Below are positions 1 to 11,528 of a stretch of 64,000 nucleotides of DNA, piece by piece. Numbering within the stretch: position 1 is the stretch's first letter; the number at the start of each line of letters is the position of its first letter. Below the pieces are notes generated by a model. That model did not search any database, was not told where the DNA came from, and saw only the letters and a list, made by a program, of their open reading frames with translations. Both the position numbers and the translations under genes were made by a program. Source of the stretch: Oikopleura dioica (taxonomy: Eukaryota > Animalia > Chordata); contig OU015569.1 of assembly GCA_907165135.1 (NCBI GenBank), positions 682,001 through 746,000 of the forward strand, in the 5' to 3' direction.

Positions 1-165
1 GCTAAAATGAAAAGCCGCGTAGCGGCTTTTTTATAAACAAGCCGCAAAGCTACTAAATCAAAAATATATTCAACAAGAAATATATTTGCGAAGCCGCTTC
101 GCGGCCTCGTTTCATTTGAGCCTTTTAGAACCTGACTCAGGTTTTCTACACGGTTTGCCCAGCTC
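1..165. mobile_element. Family A MITE, right part
   Basis: AAGCCGC-N4-GCGGCTT hairpins and a CCTGACTCAGGTTTTCTACAC terminus. Confidence 0.8.
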
Positions 166-497
166 CGAATTGAAATTTTATTGACCAAGTGAAAGAGCTA
201 AAAAAAAGAAACTGGGCCGGAGACATGGTGCTGCTCCCAAAGCTGCAAAAAGCAAAAGAAAACGACACTTTCTGCAGATTATCGACAATGCAGGGAAATG
301 AGCTTTCGAGCTTCATGGTGAATAGGCAAAACAGACTCGTTTCGGGCTGGACTTAGTTCTTTTTAAAAGTATCGCTGAACTCTTTCTTTCTCAATTCTGT
401 ATCTTCAAGGTTCTTCAACTGTACAAAGCAATACACAAACAACAATAATTACTTTTCAAAAAAATGTTTCATGTTAGATTTTGTAGCCCTCGGAAGT

Positions 498-729
498 CTG
501 GCTCGGCAACCTGTGTTGAAAACCTGAGTCAGGGTCTGAAAGCTGTAAAATGAAAAGCCGCAAAGCGGCTTTTTAAAAACGAAGCCGCGAAGCGGCTTTG
601 AAACAATCATCATTTTGATCAGTTTCTTATTCTTTCCGGCTTCGTTTTTTAAAAAAGCCGCTAAGCGGCTTTTCATTTTACATCTTTCAGACCCTGACTC
701 AGGTTTTCTACAAAGGTTGCCAAGCCGAG
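498..729. mobile_element. Family A hAT-like MITE, full copy with perfect TSD
   Basis: Inverted termini CTGGCTCGGCAACCTGTG...AGGTTGCCAAGCCGAG. TSD TCGGAAGT at 490-497 and 730-737. Confidence 0.9.
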
Positions 730-1399
730 TCGGAAGTACATTCATACGTTCTGATGAATTTCAACAATAAATGCCAAATCAATCGTTTTATCCGGAAAAA
801 TGAATGAATTCAATTACTCCTTGAGAATCGCTCATTTCAAAACACAATCGTAAATAAATTGTTCCAACTATGTGCTCTTCAATAAAGGAAGAATCAAATT
901 GCTCCAGTCATCAATTGATTTCCTACCCGACGAAAAGAAAGCCCGCTATTTCAGCAATTTCAATTCTAGGAATCAAACAAAAAGTATGTTTGTTTAATTT
1001 TGAGCAGGAGTAGCAGAAAGTATTGGGAGGATGGGAATGCCCATGGGAGTGGCGGATTTCCACTTCTATTGGAACCCTTGAAAGTTATATTTTGTGTTTT
1101 TTTGCCCACGAGCGGCGCTCCGAATTTAGGCCGTTACCGAAACGCCTTCTCGGCATTCGACCAAAGCCACATTCTCCATTCCGCGGAGAACGAGACAGAA
1201 CAAAAAGACGAAGAAAAAAAAAATAGGGCAAATCCCGTATTTCTCCTCTTTCTACTAAAAGTAGGCTTTAATTTTCTTCTAAATAATTCTTAAAATATTT
1301 TATAAATTAAATCTTTAAAAAAAATTGAAATAGAAAAAATTCTGAGAGACGATTCTGATTTTTATCTATTCGAGTTAAATTGATTCATAAATCAAATAA

Positions 1400-1637
1400 A
1401 AACCTGTATAAAAAACCTGAGTCAGGGTTCTGTAACAAAGCCGTAGATTACAATCTTAATCTATTTTCGGCCCTAACCCTGACTCAGGTTTTTTACACAG
1501 GCTCCTTAGACCTGAGTAGATAGGCTCGGCAACCTGTGCAGAAATCCTGAGTCAGGATCTGAAAAATCAGTAGCGGCTTTTCTCTAAAAACTTTTCAGAT
1601 CCTGACTAAGGTTTTCTGCACAGGTTGCCGAGCCCAG
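1400..1637. mobile_element. Two adjacent short Family A MITEs (~1400-1505 and 1520-1637)
   Basis: Paired CCTGAGTCAGG/CCTGACTCAGG arms. Degenerate TSD ctgagtag/cagagtaa on the second copy. Confidence 0.8.
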
Positions 1638-2004
1638 CAGAGTAAATAATATGGTAGTTAACTGTAGTTGACATTTTCTAGCGCCTGAGGGTGAATTAAA
1701 ATTGTTTTCTTTAGCTACTTCTAAATTTCTTCGTTGACTATTTTTTTAAGCAGCCGTGACTCGTAATAAGCGTCCCGGTAAAGAAAGAAGAAATCGAACT
1801 TCTATGCACAGAGGACTCGTGAAGAACTACCTAAGGTACGTCCCAAAAAAAACCAGCATTTTTCAGTTTTCAGTTAATCGATTCATGCCCAAGTCTAAAA
1901 CATCGATTTATTTCTTTCCAACCCTTTTCAAGGCTTCACTTCAAAAATATGCCACTTTTCATCCCGAATTCGATTATTGACTATTTTTTCCATAAAACTG
2001 TCGA

Positions 2005-2310
2005 CTGGGCTCAACAACCTGTTTAGAAAACCTGACTCAGGGTTCTTAAAAGTTTAATAAAAAGCCGCATAGCGGCTTTCTTTAAAAACGAAGCCGCAAA
2101 GCGGCTTTGCCAAAATAATCATGTCAATCTATCTTTCAAATGCTCAGGGTCCTGAGTCAGGTTTTCAACACAGGTTCCAGAATTCAAAAATATACTGAGA
2201 AAATAATTTTGGCTAAGCCGCTGTGCGGCTTTGTTATCAAAAAGCCGCGGCTTTTCTTAAAAGCTCTTTTACAACCCTGAGTCAGGTTTTCTAAACAGGT
2301 TGCCACACTC
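2005..2310. mobile_element. Family A MITE plus a partial copy
   Basis: TIR arms and internal GCCGC/GCGGC hairpins. Confidence 0.75.
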
Positions 2311-3552
2311 AGAATCGCAATCATTCATTTTCCAGCAAAAACTGTCGTCATAATCAACTCGCTATTAAATTTATTTGAGAGGAGCATTTTCCCACGACTG
2401 AAAAATAATCTTATCTTTCATCATCGTTTTTCAGCGAGGGACAAAGAAAAGTTCAAATCTGCTTTTCTTCTTTTCAGCAGTTTAAAATTCGCAATTGTTC
2501 TTTTTGTCTTTCAAAGCTGCAAGTTGACTTCTTTGTGCATCTCTAGCTCGATAGGAAATAATAGCGAAATGGAAAAATTGCTAAATTGAAGTGAGAAACT
2601 TCGAAATTCAATTTTTCATTTGACGATGATGGTGTTTTTTTTTAATAAAATAGGCGGGGTAAAAAACTTATTCAAATTCAATAAAGTGAGCTTATTTCCC
2701 AACTCTTTCAAAATCGCGCAGATAAGGGGCGTGGAAAACCTGTGTGAAAAGCGTGAGACAGGGTCCTGACTCAGGATACCCTCTGGACTCCAAAAGGAAC
2801 TTTAAGGGTGTCAACATCGATTAGGTATTGGTCAGTCTTGCTTGTCGAAAACCTGTTCCAAAAGTTCGTCCAAATCGATGTTGACACCCTTAATGAAAAG
2901 CCGCGTAGCGGCTATATTTTGTATAAAAACCGCCGAGCGGCTTCGCAAATTGATCATTTCAATCCACATCTTTATTCTAGCGAAGCCGCTCCGCGGCTTT
3001 ATTTTTAGAAAAGAAAATATCAAAAAAACTGACGGTTACGAACGTCACGTGGTGTTTCGCGTTTAACGACTTTCAAAATAGTTGACTGGAAACTTAGTTG
3101 ATTGAACTTCTTCTTTTTTTTTACTCCAAAATTTCCTCAAAAAATATATTTCTTTTGCAAGCGAAAATAACAGAGGAAAAGTATGAATCGCATATTACAG
3201 TAAATTGACTGCAGGATCGCGAAGCCTAGGCGAAAAAGATAATGCCCCCATTTTCAACTTTGGCGCTAATTTTTCGCTAAACCCTCGATTAGTAGTGACT
3301 AGCTAGACGATTGTACGCGAGCTTGAAATTGCGAGTGAAAAAACACAACAAAAACTTTTTCAACACTGAGAGCTTTGAAAGCAAAAAGGGAGAAGAGCGG
3401 CTTTTTACTGGATTTGTCAATCTGGCTCATCTCATCCTTTTCTACTTCAGCCAAGGGTGCCTTTTTTAACGCTAGAATAAAGAGATAAATCGATAAAACA
3501 GCTTGATTTTCTTGGTTTTATTGAAAAATATTCAATTTAAACTATTTCAAAA

Positions 3553-3656
3553 ACCAGTGTAGAAAACCTGAGTCAGGCTCTGAAGAACCATAGCGGCTTT
3601 TCAAACAGGCTCTTCAGAACCTGACTCAGGTTTTCTACGCAGGTTGCCGAGCCCAG
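3553..3656. mobile_element. Family A MITE
   Basis: TIR pair ending GGTTGCCGAGCCCAG. Confidence 0.8.
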
Positions 3657-3891
3657 ACTTGATAATCAACCTTTATTTCAGCAAAATCCTGAACCTGCAT
3701 TATGAAGACCTTCTGCCCTATAGAAGGCGAAAGCAAGAGAAAGCCACGAGTTACGAAGTGAAACCCCTAATCTTAAAAATTTCAAAGATAGGTAATACCT
3801 AATAGCCTATTAGTAATAGGTATTAAAACTCATTAATTGATGAAAGAGACCACACGCGTAACTCGTGAACAGGATCAACGCGAGTCTCGAT

Positions 3892-6800
3892 ATGACGATT
3901 CGAGCTGTGATGGAAGAGAGAGTACAGGTAATTACAGCTTCGCGAGCACTTAATCTGTTTAACGACACACGCAGTTTTATCTGGCGACCAGTTGGTCGAC
4001 CCACATCTCGTCGACTCTGGCCTCATCCCCAAAAAGAAAGATCAAGAGGTATTTTCTAACACTCAGTTTTTCCCCTTGCCCCGCGCTAGAACATACCGGT
4101 CCCGCAGCCAAGGACACACACAGTGTAATTGAAAATTAACGAGTTTCCCTGAGCTATCTTTCCAAGAGCGATAAATACTTAAGCCGTGCGGATCTTGTGC
4201 ATTTTTTATTGAATTATCTTTTAGAAGTCTTTTACAGTCTTTTTTCATTCCAAAATAGACACGTCATTGAACTTTTCAGCGGAAGAACCAATCTTATATA
4301 AGCTCTGACCGTGTTAAGCCCCTTTTGTTAACGATACCACGTGAGTTGAGGTCAAATAAGTAAATACCTTACTACTGCTAATTCGAGTTTTGCGGTAATG
4401 ATGATCAGATCGGTTCTTTCATTAAAAAAGCGCTTATTCTGGGCTCGGCATCCGTGCAGAAAACCAGAGTCAGGTCCAGAAGAGCTTAAATGGAAAGCCG
4501 CGTGGCGGCTTTTGAAAACGAAGCCGCAAAGCGGCTTCGCAACATCAAAATTTCAATCTATTATTAAATAACTGGCGAAGCCGCTACGCGACTTTTCATT
4601 TGAGCTCTTCTGAATTCGCCGAGCCCATCCGCTATTTATTCCTCGTTGATTGCAATCAGGCTTTGGTCTTTTTTCAATAGAGCTTTGTATGAAAAGCAAC
4701 TGTTTTGCATCCCTGGGTGAAAATAGGCTGCGATCGCCTTTCAAGGACGACAAAGAAATGAAATTTGAATAGCTCTTAAACTGAGCTGTTTAAGGAGGAT
4801 GAGGATGGAGTGAAGGGCCACGAGCGCGTACAATGGGACAAGCAGCGCGAGTTCATCCTCTCCGTCGCCGGCGGCTTCATTGGACTTGGCAATGTCTGGC
4901 GCTTTCCATATCTCTGCTACAAGAACGGAGGGGGCGCGTTTCTCATTCCCTACTGCATCTTTTTGGTCATCGGTGGAATCCCGATTTTCCTGATGGAAGT
5001 GGCGCTCGGGCAGTTTATGTCTCGAGGTGGAATTGAGGCCTGGAACTTGGTTCCTATTTTCAAGGTGACTCTTCCTCTCTCCTTACGATATTCTATTTCT
5101 CCAGGGAATCGGCTGGGCTTCGTTGGTAATCGTGTTCTGGCTGAACGTCTACTACATCGTCATTCTCGCCTGGAACCTGTTCTATCTATTCCAGGCGTTT
5201 GACCCCTCCCTGCCCTGGACCAAGTGCGATGGCTGGTGGAATACTCCCTGTTGCTCGACAACTTCGGTGAACGGCACTTTGATTAAACCGGCCGCTTGCA
5301 ACTCCTCCGTCGATTTCCCAGAAAACGAGTTTTGGAAGTAGGTCAATTACAAATTATGCCTTCATTCGCGCAGAAAATCGCATCAATTTATTATTTTGTT
5401 TTCCTTTAGAAATCGAGTTTTGCAATTGACTGATGATCTTGGCACGCCAGGCGGCCTGCAGTGGGAGCTGGTGGGTACACTTGTCCTGAGCTGGATGATC
5501 TGCTACGCGTGCATCTGGAAGGGCGTGAAATCAACTGGCAAATCGGTTTACGTTACATCCACATTCCCGCTCATCATGCTTCTCGTCCTGCTCGCCCGAG
5601 GCGTGACCCTGCCCGGCGCCGCCAAGGGCATCGAGTTCTACGTCAAGCCCGATTGGAATCGCTTAGCCAGCCCTGACGTAAGAATCAAGCCATCTTCAGC
5701 AGTTTTGAGCGGATCAACCGTTTAGGTCTGGAAAGACGCGGGCACGCAAATCTTCTTCAGCTACGCAATCTGCCTCGGCTCGCAGACCTCGCTGGGCTCG
5801 TACAATAAGTTCTCCTTTAACTCATTCAAGTGGGGACTTATCCTTTCCGGTTTTAACTCAGGTGCGTCCATTGTCTCTGGATTCGCCATCTTCTCCGTGC
5901 TCGGCTACATGGCTCAGGAAATCGGCTGCGAAGTCAGGTAGTAGGATCATCATTTGCCAGCGCTCAAAAGGGGGTCTTCAAAGTCTTCAAACAATGTTTC
6001 TTTTCAGCGAGGTTGCCGAAAAGGGTCCAGGATTAGCCTTCATTGCCTATCCCCGCGCCTTGTCAATGATGGCGTTTCCACAAATTTGGTCGCTGCTCTT
6101 CTTTGTAATGATTCTTCTCCTTGGACTGGCCTCGCAATATGTCGGTAAGAAAATTAGATAAATTGCAATTTCGGGAGATGAGGATCTCCCGATCGAGTTT
6201 CTGAAATAAATGATTAACTCGTTCCTAGCGGTCGAGGGAATGTGCACAATGATTGTCGATCTCAAGCCTCGTTTCTGGTACAAAACACCGTACAGGCGAC
6301 CTCTTTGCGTAGCTGCGGCTTGCGTTGTCTGCTTTTTCTTCGCCCTCCCGATGGTCACTCGCGGAGGCATTTACGTCTTTCAGGTAATGCAATTATTGAA
6401 AGTTTGAAATCAAGGAAGAAACTCATCTCTTCTCTAGCTGGCGGACACGTACGGAGCTTCTGGACTCTGTCTTTTGTGGGTGGCGTTTTTCGAAACCTCG
6501 GTCATTTCGTGGATCTACGGCGTCGACAATTTCTACAGGGACTTGGACCGCATGTTCGGCCACAAGTTTCCCATCAAAAAACATCCATGGACTGTGTTTG
6601 CCTTTTTGTGGAAGGTAAGCGCTGTTCAAAAAAAGGATCAATTGGAAACCGCGATATTTAGTACGGCTCGCCCATCATCTGCGCCAGCACCTTCGCGTAC
6701 ATCTTCCTCGACTGGTCGCCAACGACGTATAATAATTACGTTTTCCCAGTTTACGGCGAGTGGATAGGAATTTGCATGGCTGCGTCGAGCATTTTACTCG

Positions 6801-7048
6801 TACCGATTTATGCCATCTATCGATTATCAACAACTCCTGGCACTCTAGCTGAGGTAAAAACACCCTCCTTTTGTCTCTTGTCGACAAACCGTTTTTTCTA
6901 GCGCTGGGAAGTGCTCACTACGCCCATCTTTCCCCGTGGACACCCTTACACTCTCAGTCGGTCGCTCAGCCCCTCCTCCGCCGGTTCCAACACCGACCCG
7001 CCCTCTTATCACGAAAAAGACGAGTTCTTGCCTCCCCAGAAGACCTAA
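3892..7048 (+). CDS. SLC6 sodium:neurotransmitter symporter (GABA/taurine/creatine clade), multi-exon
   Basis: Exons from 4795 encode [79 protein letters not shown] and [12 protein letters not shown]. Introns are short GT-AG and the stop is TAA at 7046-7048. The first exon (3892-3927, [12 protein letters not shown], donor GTAATT, phase 0) is only a candidate. Confidence 0.93.
4439..4628. mobile_element. Family A MITE (in the putative first SLC6 intron)
   Basis: CTGGGCTCGGCA...GCCGAGCCCA termini with internal hairpins. Confidence 0.75.
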
Positions 7049-7502
7049 AAAGAAAAGTCATATTCAAAAAGAAAACACGCACACTCCATGTAAAACCAGT
7101 CGGCCACAGTAACCCATGATCGTCAAACAAAAAAAAAACTCTGTTTCGTTTCTTATCCGATGATAAACCTTGTTGTTACCCTTCAAAGCAATACACTTTG
7201 TTCAGTTTGAGACGCGTCTTTCTTCATTTGAAAATTATTTGATTCGAAAAGCATGTAATTCCATTCTTGAGCATTTGCATTATCCCATTCTTTTCAAATC
7301 CAGTACGATTAAATTTTCTTTCCTGGCTTCGAGAAATAGATTTCTACGAAGCGCGTCTTTTCTAGACTTCTTTAGTCTCTCAGACCGGTGTAGTAGGTCG
7401 CATTTATTTTCTGGAACTCGGCTCGAAAGGTGTTTAAAACTTCGTGCACGGAGATTTTTTGAGCACTTTTCAAAAAATCAAGAGACGAAGAAGAAGTCAA
7501 AC

Positions 7503-8660
7503 ATGGCTCCAAAGAAGGCAAAACGGAAGATGGAAGGGAATGGAACTGGAGAGAAGCTCGTGAAGCTTGAAATCAAGGAAGAGAAAATGTGCGCCCATTG
7601 CAATAAACTAGTGTAAGTTATTGTCTATTTATTAATTTTTACAAAAATCTTCAAAGAATATCCTATCAAGTTCACGAAGAGGAGTATCTTTGCCAGCTTT
7701 GTGCTAAGGAACTTGTCTTCAAGTGGATGCAAGTTGTCACTTGTATCACTGATGGGCAAGTATTCGTCGAGGAAAGTATCCGATCCGTGGAAGAAAGTAT
7801 CAGAAAGATTGAAGAAGAGAAGAATACCGCTGTTGCAGCAGCGGAACATGCTCAAAAGAAGATCGACAAAGCGACAGCGAAGTTGAGAGCCTTGGAAGGA
7901 GAACTAACTGCTAAGCAAGCCAAGAAAGTTCAGGATGAAGCGAAACTCAGCGGCTGCGTGGAGGATCTTGGACTGAAAAATTATCATTCAGGTGAAATGT
8001 CACAATTCTGCTCAGTAATTATCTCGCATTTAAGATCTCAAGAAAAAACAAGTCGAGCTGGCGAACAAACTTGGGAGGGAAGACGGATACGGCCATGCAC
8101 ACACTTGGGAGGGATGCCATACTTGGATGCAAGGTCTCATTTATCTCTGTCAGATGATCAGTGTTGGAATTACTAGAGTCCATCTCAAGGAAAATGATTA
8201 AAATGACATATTGAATTCTGACCTAATCAATTTTTAAAATCTTAGCACAGATTCCGCCAGAAAAATTGAATCCATGGCAGCCGATTACTCACAGCGGACA
8301 TGGATGGGGATTTCTTCTTAAGTATAACAAGATATTCGATACTGAGGATTTCCTCACGATTCACCTCGAAAACATCGGTAAAATTGTTTTGAATTTGTAT
8401 TACACTATATTCCTCTTTTAGGCCGCGACTTCAATTTCAATGTCGACGTAAGAATCCTCAATAATCGCGGATTCACTGAAAATGGAAATTTCAACGTCAC
8501 CTTCATCCACGATCCAACCGGAAACAGCAAGGCTGTCGAAACAGATGGAAGTCGCGTCCGGCGACAGAAGGTCCAATTTATGGTTGAAAAGAAGAAGCCC
8601 TCAGAATATTGGCTTATAGTCAACTTCACTATTCGTCCAAAAGGAAAAGGTTTTGAGTAA
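7503..8660 (+). CDS. Hypothetical protein with two CxxC motifs, a coiled coil and an unrecognised C-terminal domain
   Basis: ATG 7503 MAPKKAKRK...CAHCNKLV, intron, then CQLC and a heptad-rich segment (ORF 7727-8176). The last exon is open to TAA at 8660. Confidence 0.6.
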
Positions 8661-8903
8661 AAACTGTGCACATGCGGCAATAAACCTCTTTAGAAATGAA
8701 TTAAACTTTCAAATTGTATTGATTTCAATAGTTGCCAAATTTAAATGATTTTGTTTGAAACGAGAAACATGAAGTTAGTCTGGTCTCGCCTCAATCACTC
8801 AGCATTTTCAGATACAATAGAAAAAGTTTATTAAAAATATCTTTCTCAAAGCAACATTTTCAAAGAGAATCTGTAGAATTAGGCAGAATTTTGAGCCAAT
8901 ATT

Positions 8904-10208
8904 CTAGGGGCGGGAAAAGTCGGCGTCACAAGCAGGAGTACTCTGGTCCGTAATGTCTGGGCAGTTTTGAGTTGTAGATGTGTTCAGACAAAGCTAAAGA
9001 AAAATTATGAGTTTTAGTTTCCAAAAAAAGAAGAGTAATTACCTTCACTTTGCAAGAAAGCTTGAGACCGACAGTGGAATAGCTTCGAAAGACAAACGCA
9101 TTGAACTGAAATTGCTGCGGTGCGCTAGTGCCGGTGAGAAATTCCGTAGTGGTCATTGTGTCGACAATGCTTGAGTAGCACCGATTCGACCTTAATTTTG
9201 AACATGTTTGAAATTGGCTGGCTCAAGTTTTTTTAACCTTAGGAAGGTGTAGCTCTTCTCGCTCGTTCCAAACTGGCACTCGTCGACGTAGTAGTAGATG
9301 TCGTCCATGCTCAAGGTGACGCCGATTTCGTAGTAAATTGGCTGCCCGATTGAAGTCGTCTTCGTTGTCCTTGATGAAACGTATCAAACACGCGGTTTTT
9401 ACAGAAGCATCGTCTTACCTGGAGTCGATGGTCGTGTAAGAACTGTCAGTATACATCGTAATCGTGAGTCCAGCATCAGAATTCTCCGTCACAACTCCTT
9501 GAAGAAGAACATCGATTCCCACCGGCTGGGTGACCAGCACGCTCGAATCAGCACTATCCACGAGCTGCGAAAGAATAGTATTGACGATGAGGGGGGGCTT
9601 TAACTCACCTTGAGCGTGTTTCTAATTCTGTACTCGTTGTCCTCAACGTCATACGTTGTTCCGCAAGTGTCTCCTAAAGCCTTGGCGATGGTGATAACGC
9701 TGCTGCTCGCGTCAAACGCACAAGATGAATCCAATACTTGCGACATTTCAACAGAAGCGTCGCTGGTTGTTAAGTCATCCGCGGTCCCGTCGCAGCGATT
9801 GACGGAACCGACAATTTGACCGCTCGAATCCAAGTAGCTCGCGAGCCGAACTTGTTTCCCGGAATCAAGCGTCTCGCACTCAGATTGCAAAGCGAGGAAT
9901 TCCACGCTTTCATCGCCGTTGTCTGCGAGAAGGGAAGTCAAACTCGCCTTCATACTTTCAAGAGTTCCAAACAAATCGTCGCCGAGGGTTGAAATTTGCG
10001 CCGCAGTGAAAACGACGGAGGAGATTCTCGGGCTATTTCGCGAGGCCAAATTCCCAATTGCAGTCACAGCCGAAGTAGTAGCGGTTAGACTCTCAAATCC
10101 AGCGAGAAAAGTTGTGGCATCGGAAATGCTCTCTCCAGACAAATCTAACACTGTTTCAATGTCGAGGGAAAAAACTCCCAAAAAAAAGTAGAAAGTAGAA
10201 ATTCTCAT
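8904..10208 (-). CDS. Secreted zona pellucida (ZP)-domain-like protein
   Basis: Signal-like MRISTFYFFLGVFSL. ZP-type motifs CAFD..CGTTY, IYYEIGV..YYYVDEC, NRCYSS..QFQFNAFVF..LKLSCKVK-LC. Stop TAG at 8904-8906. Confidence 0.7.
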
Positions 10209-10574
10209 TTTTTTAAATTTCAAAATGCAACGAAAAATGGGGTCGAAAATGGAGTCGAAAAAGTGGCGCTCGTTCGAACCGCTGGTGGGTGTTATTTTGC
10301 TTGCTTCGGTGCATAGTGAATCCGCTCATCCAGTAAATAGTTGTTGATGCATTTCACGCACTTGGTTTAAGATGGTTATCGAGTCGGAGAGAGTTCTAAG
10401 GACTGTTTTGTTTGGTTGAACATCGAGGCAAAGCCGCAGAGATTTGCCCTTGCCGAGTCGCTAGAATCGAACATGCTCCGTGTTAAATGGAGCACCGGTG
10501 TTTACTGCCTGTTCACAGCCTGCGATTTTGCTCAAAACATGAAAATAGGAGTCTTGGAAAAGAATCAATACAAA

Positions 10575-10691
10575 CTGGACTCGGCGACCTGTGTTGAAAA
10601 CCTGAGTCAGGGTCTCAAAGATCTCCGCGGCTTTTCAATAAAGATCTTTGAGACCCTGACTCAGGGTTTCTACACAGGTTGCCGAGCACAA
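10575..10691. mobile_element. Family A MITE
   Basis: TIR pair around a single CCGCGG core. Confidence 0.8.
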
Positions 10692-11528
10692 AAGACGAGA
10701 GTTGATCCTTTTCCGATTTCGCTGCTTATCTATTTTGGCTGTTTTCTTGAGTCATATTTTATTACAGAATCAAGAACGCCACAAGTGGCAAAGGGTGGCA
10801 CATCCGTCATTAAATTTACATGTGTAACATATTTTCAGGGGATTGAGGTAACTCCGCAGTACTCAAAATTAGTGGTTTGGAAATTAGGTACTTTTAGATA
10901 CTTTCATTATTAGATAACTTTGAAGAATGCGATTGCGTCAAAACTAAGTGCTACTAGTTTTGACGCTGTATAATGAAGAACTTTTGGACAGGGAGATTGG
11001 TCGATAGATAGAGCAAGAAAAAAATATTTACAATTTTGAATGATTTTTTACAAAGCTGAACTCTTCAAAAGTGAAAACTCGGTTTTGAAGAAATTCATTT
11101 CTAAGTGAGGTGAAAGTGCAGGAATAAAGATTCAAGAGCGCTAGATGGGAAAATTATTATAATAATGGATTCTAATAATTAATAGCTTAAATATATATAA
11201 ATATAAAAAAGGGATGAACGAGGAGTGAAGTTTCGTGAAGAGTGGTTTCGGGGTCATTCATTTTTCAAAAAGGAACATTTGATTGACACGAGGTTAGTGA
11301 AGATAAATAGTGCTAGTAGTGAGAAGGGTTGAAGCGTTAGTAGTGAAGTCTTTTCATTCTCGAGATTCGCAGCTTGTGAGGAAAGGTTGAAGCGTTTCTT
11401 TCTTTCTTTTTTTTTGTAATTTTCAATTTTGGTGAATTTTTTCAAAGAGGCGGGCGCGCTGGCGAGCTGTGCTGAAGCGCTGAAGAGGAAAATTAGCTCG
11501 ATTTCGCGCGGTGGGAATTTATGAAAAA

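Noticed and set aside
449-3066. Short ORFs such as 449-745, 2808-3066 and 10416-10913
   Set aside because: They run through MITE arms, giving recurrent peptides like KPESGS and TLTQVF, and mostly start at TTG/GTG. They are repeat-derived rather than genes.
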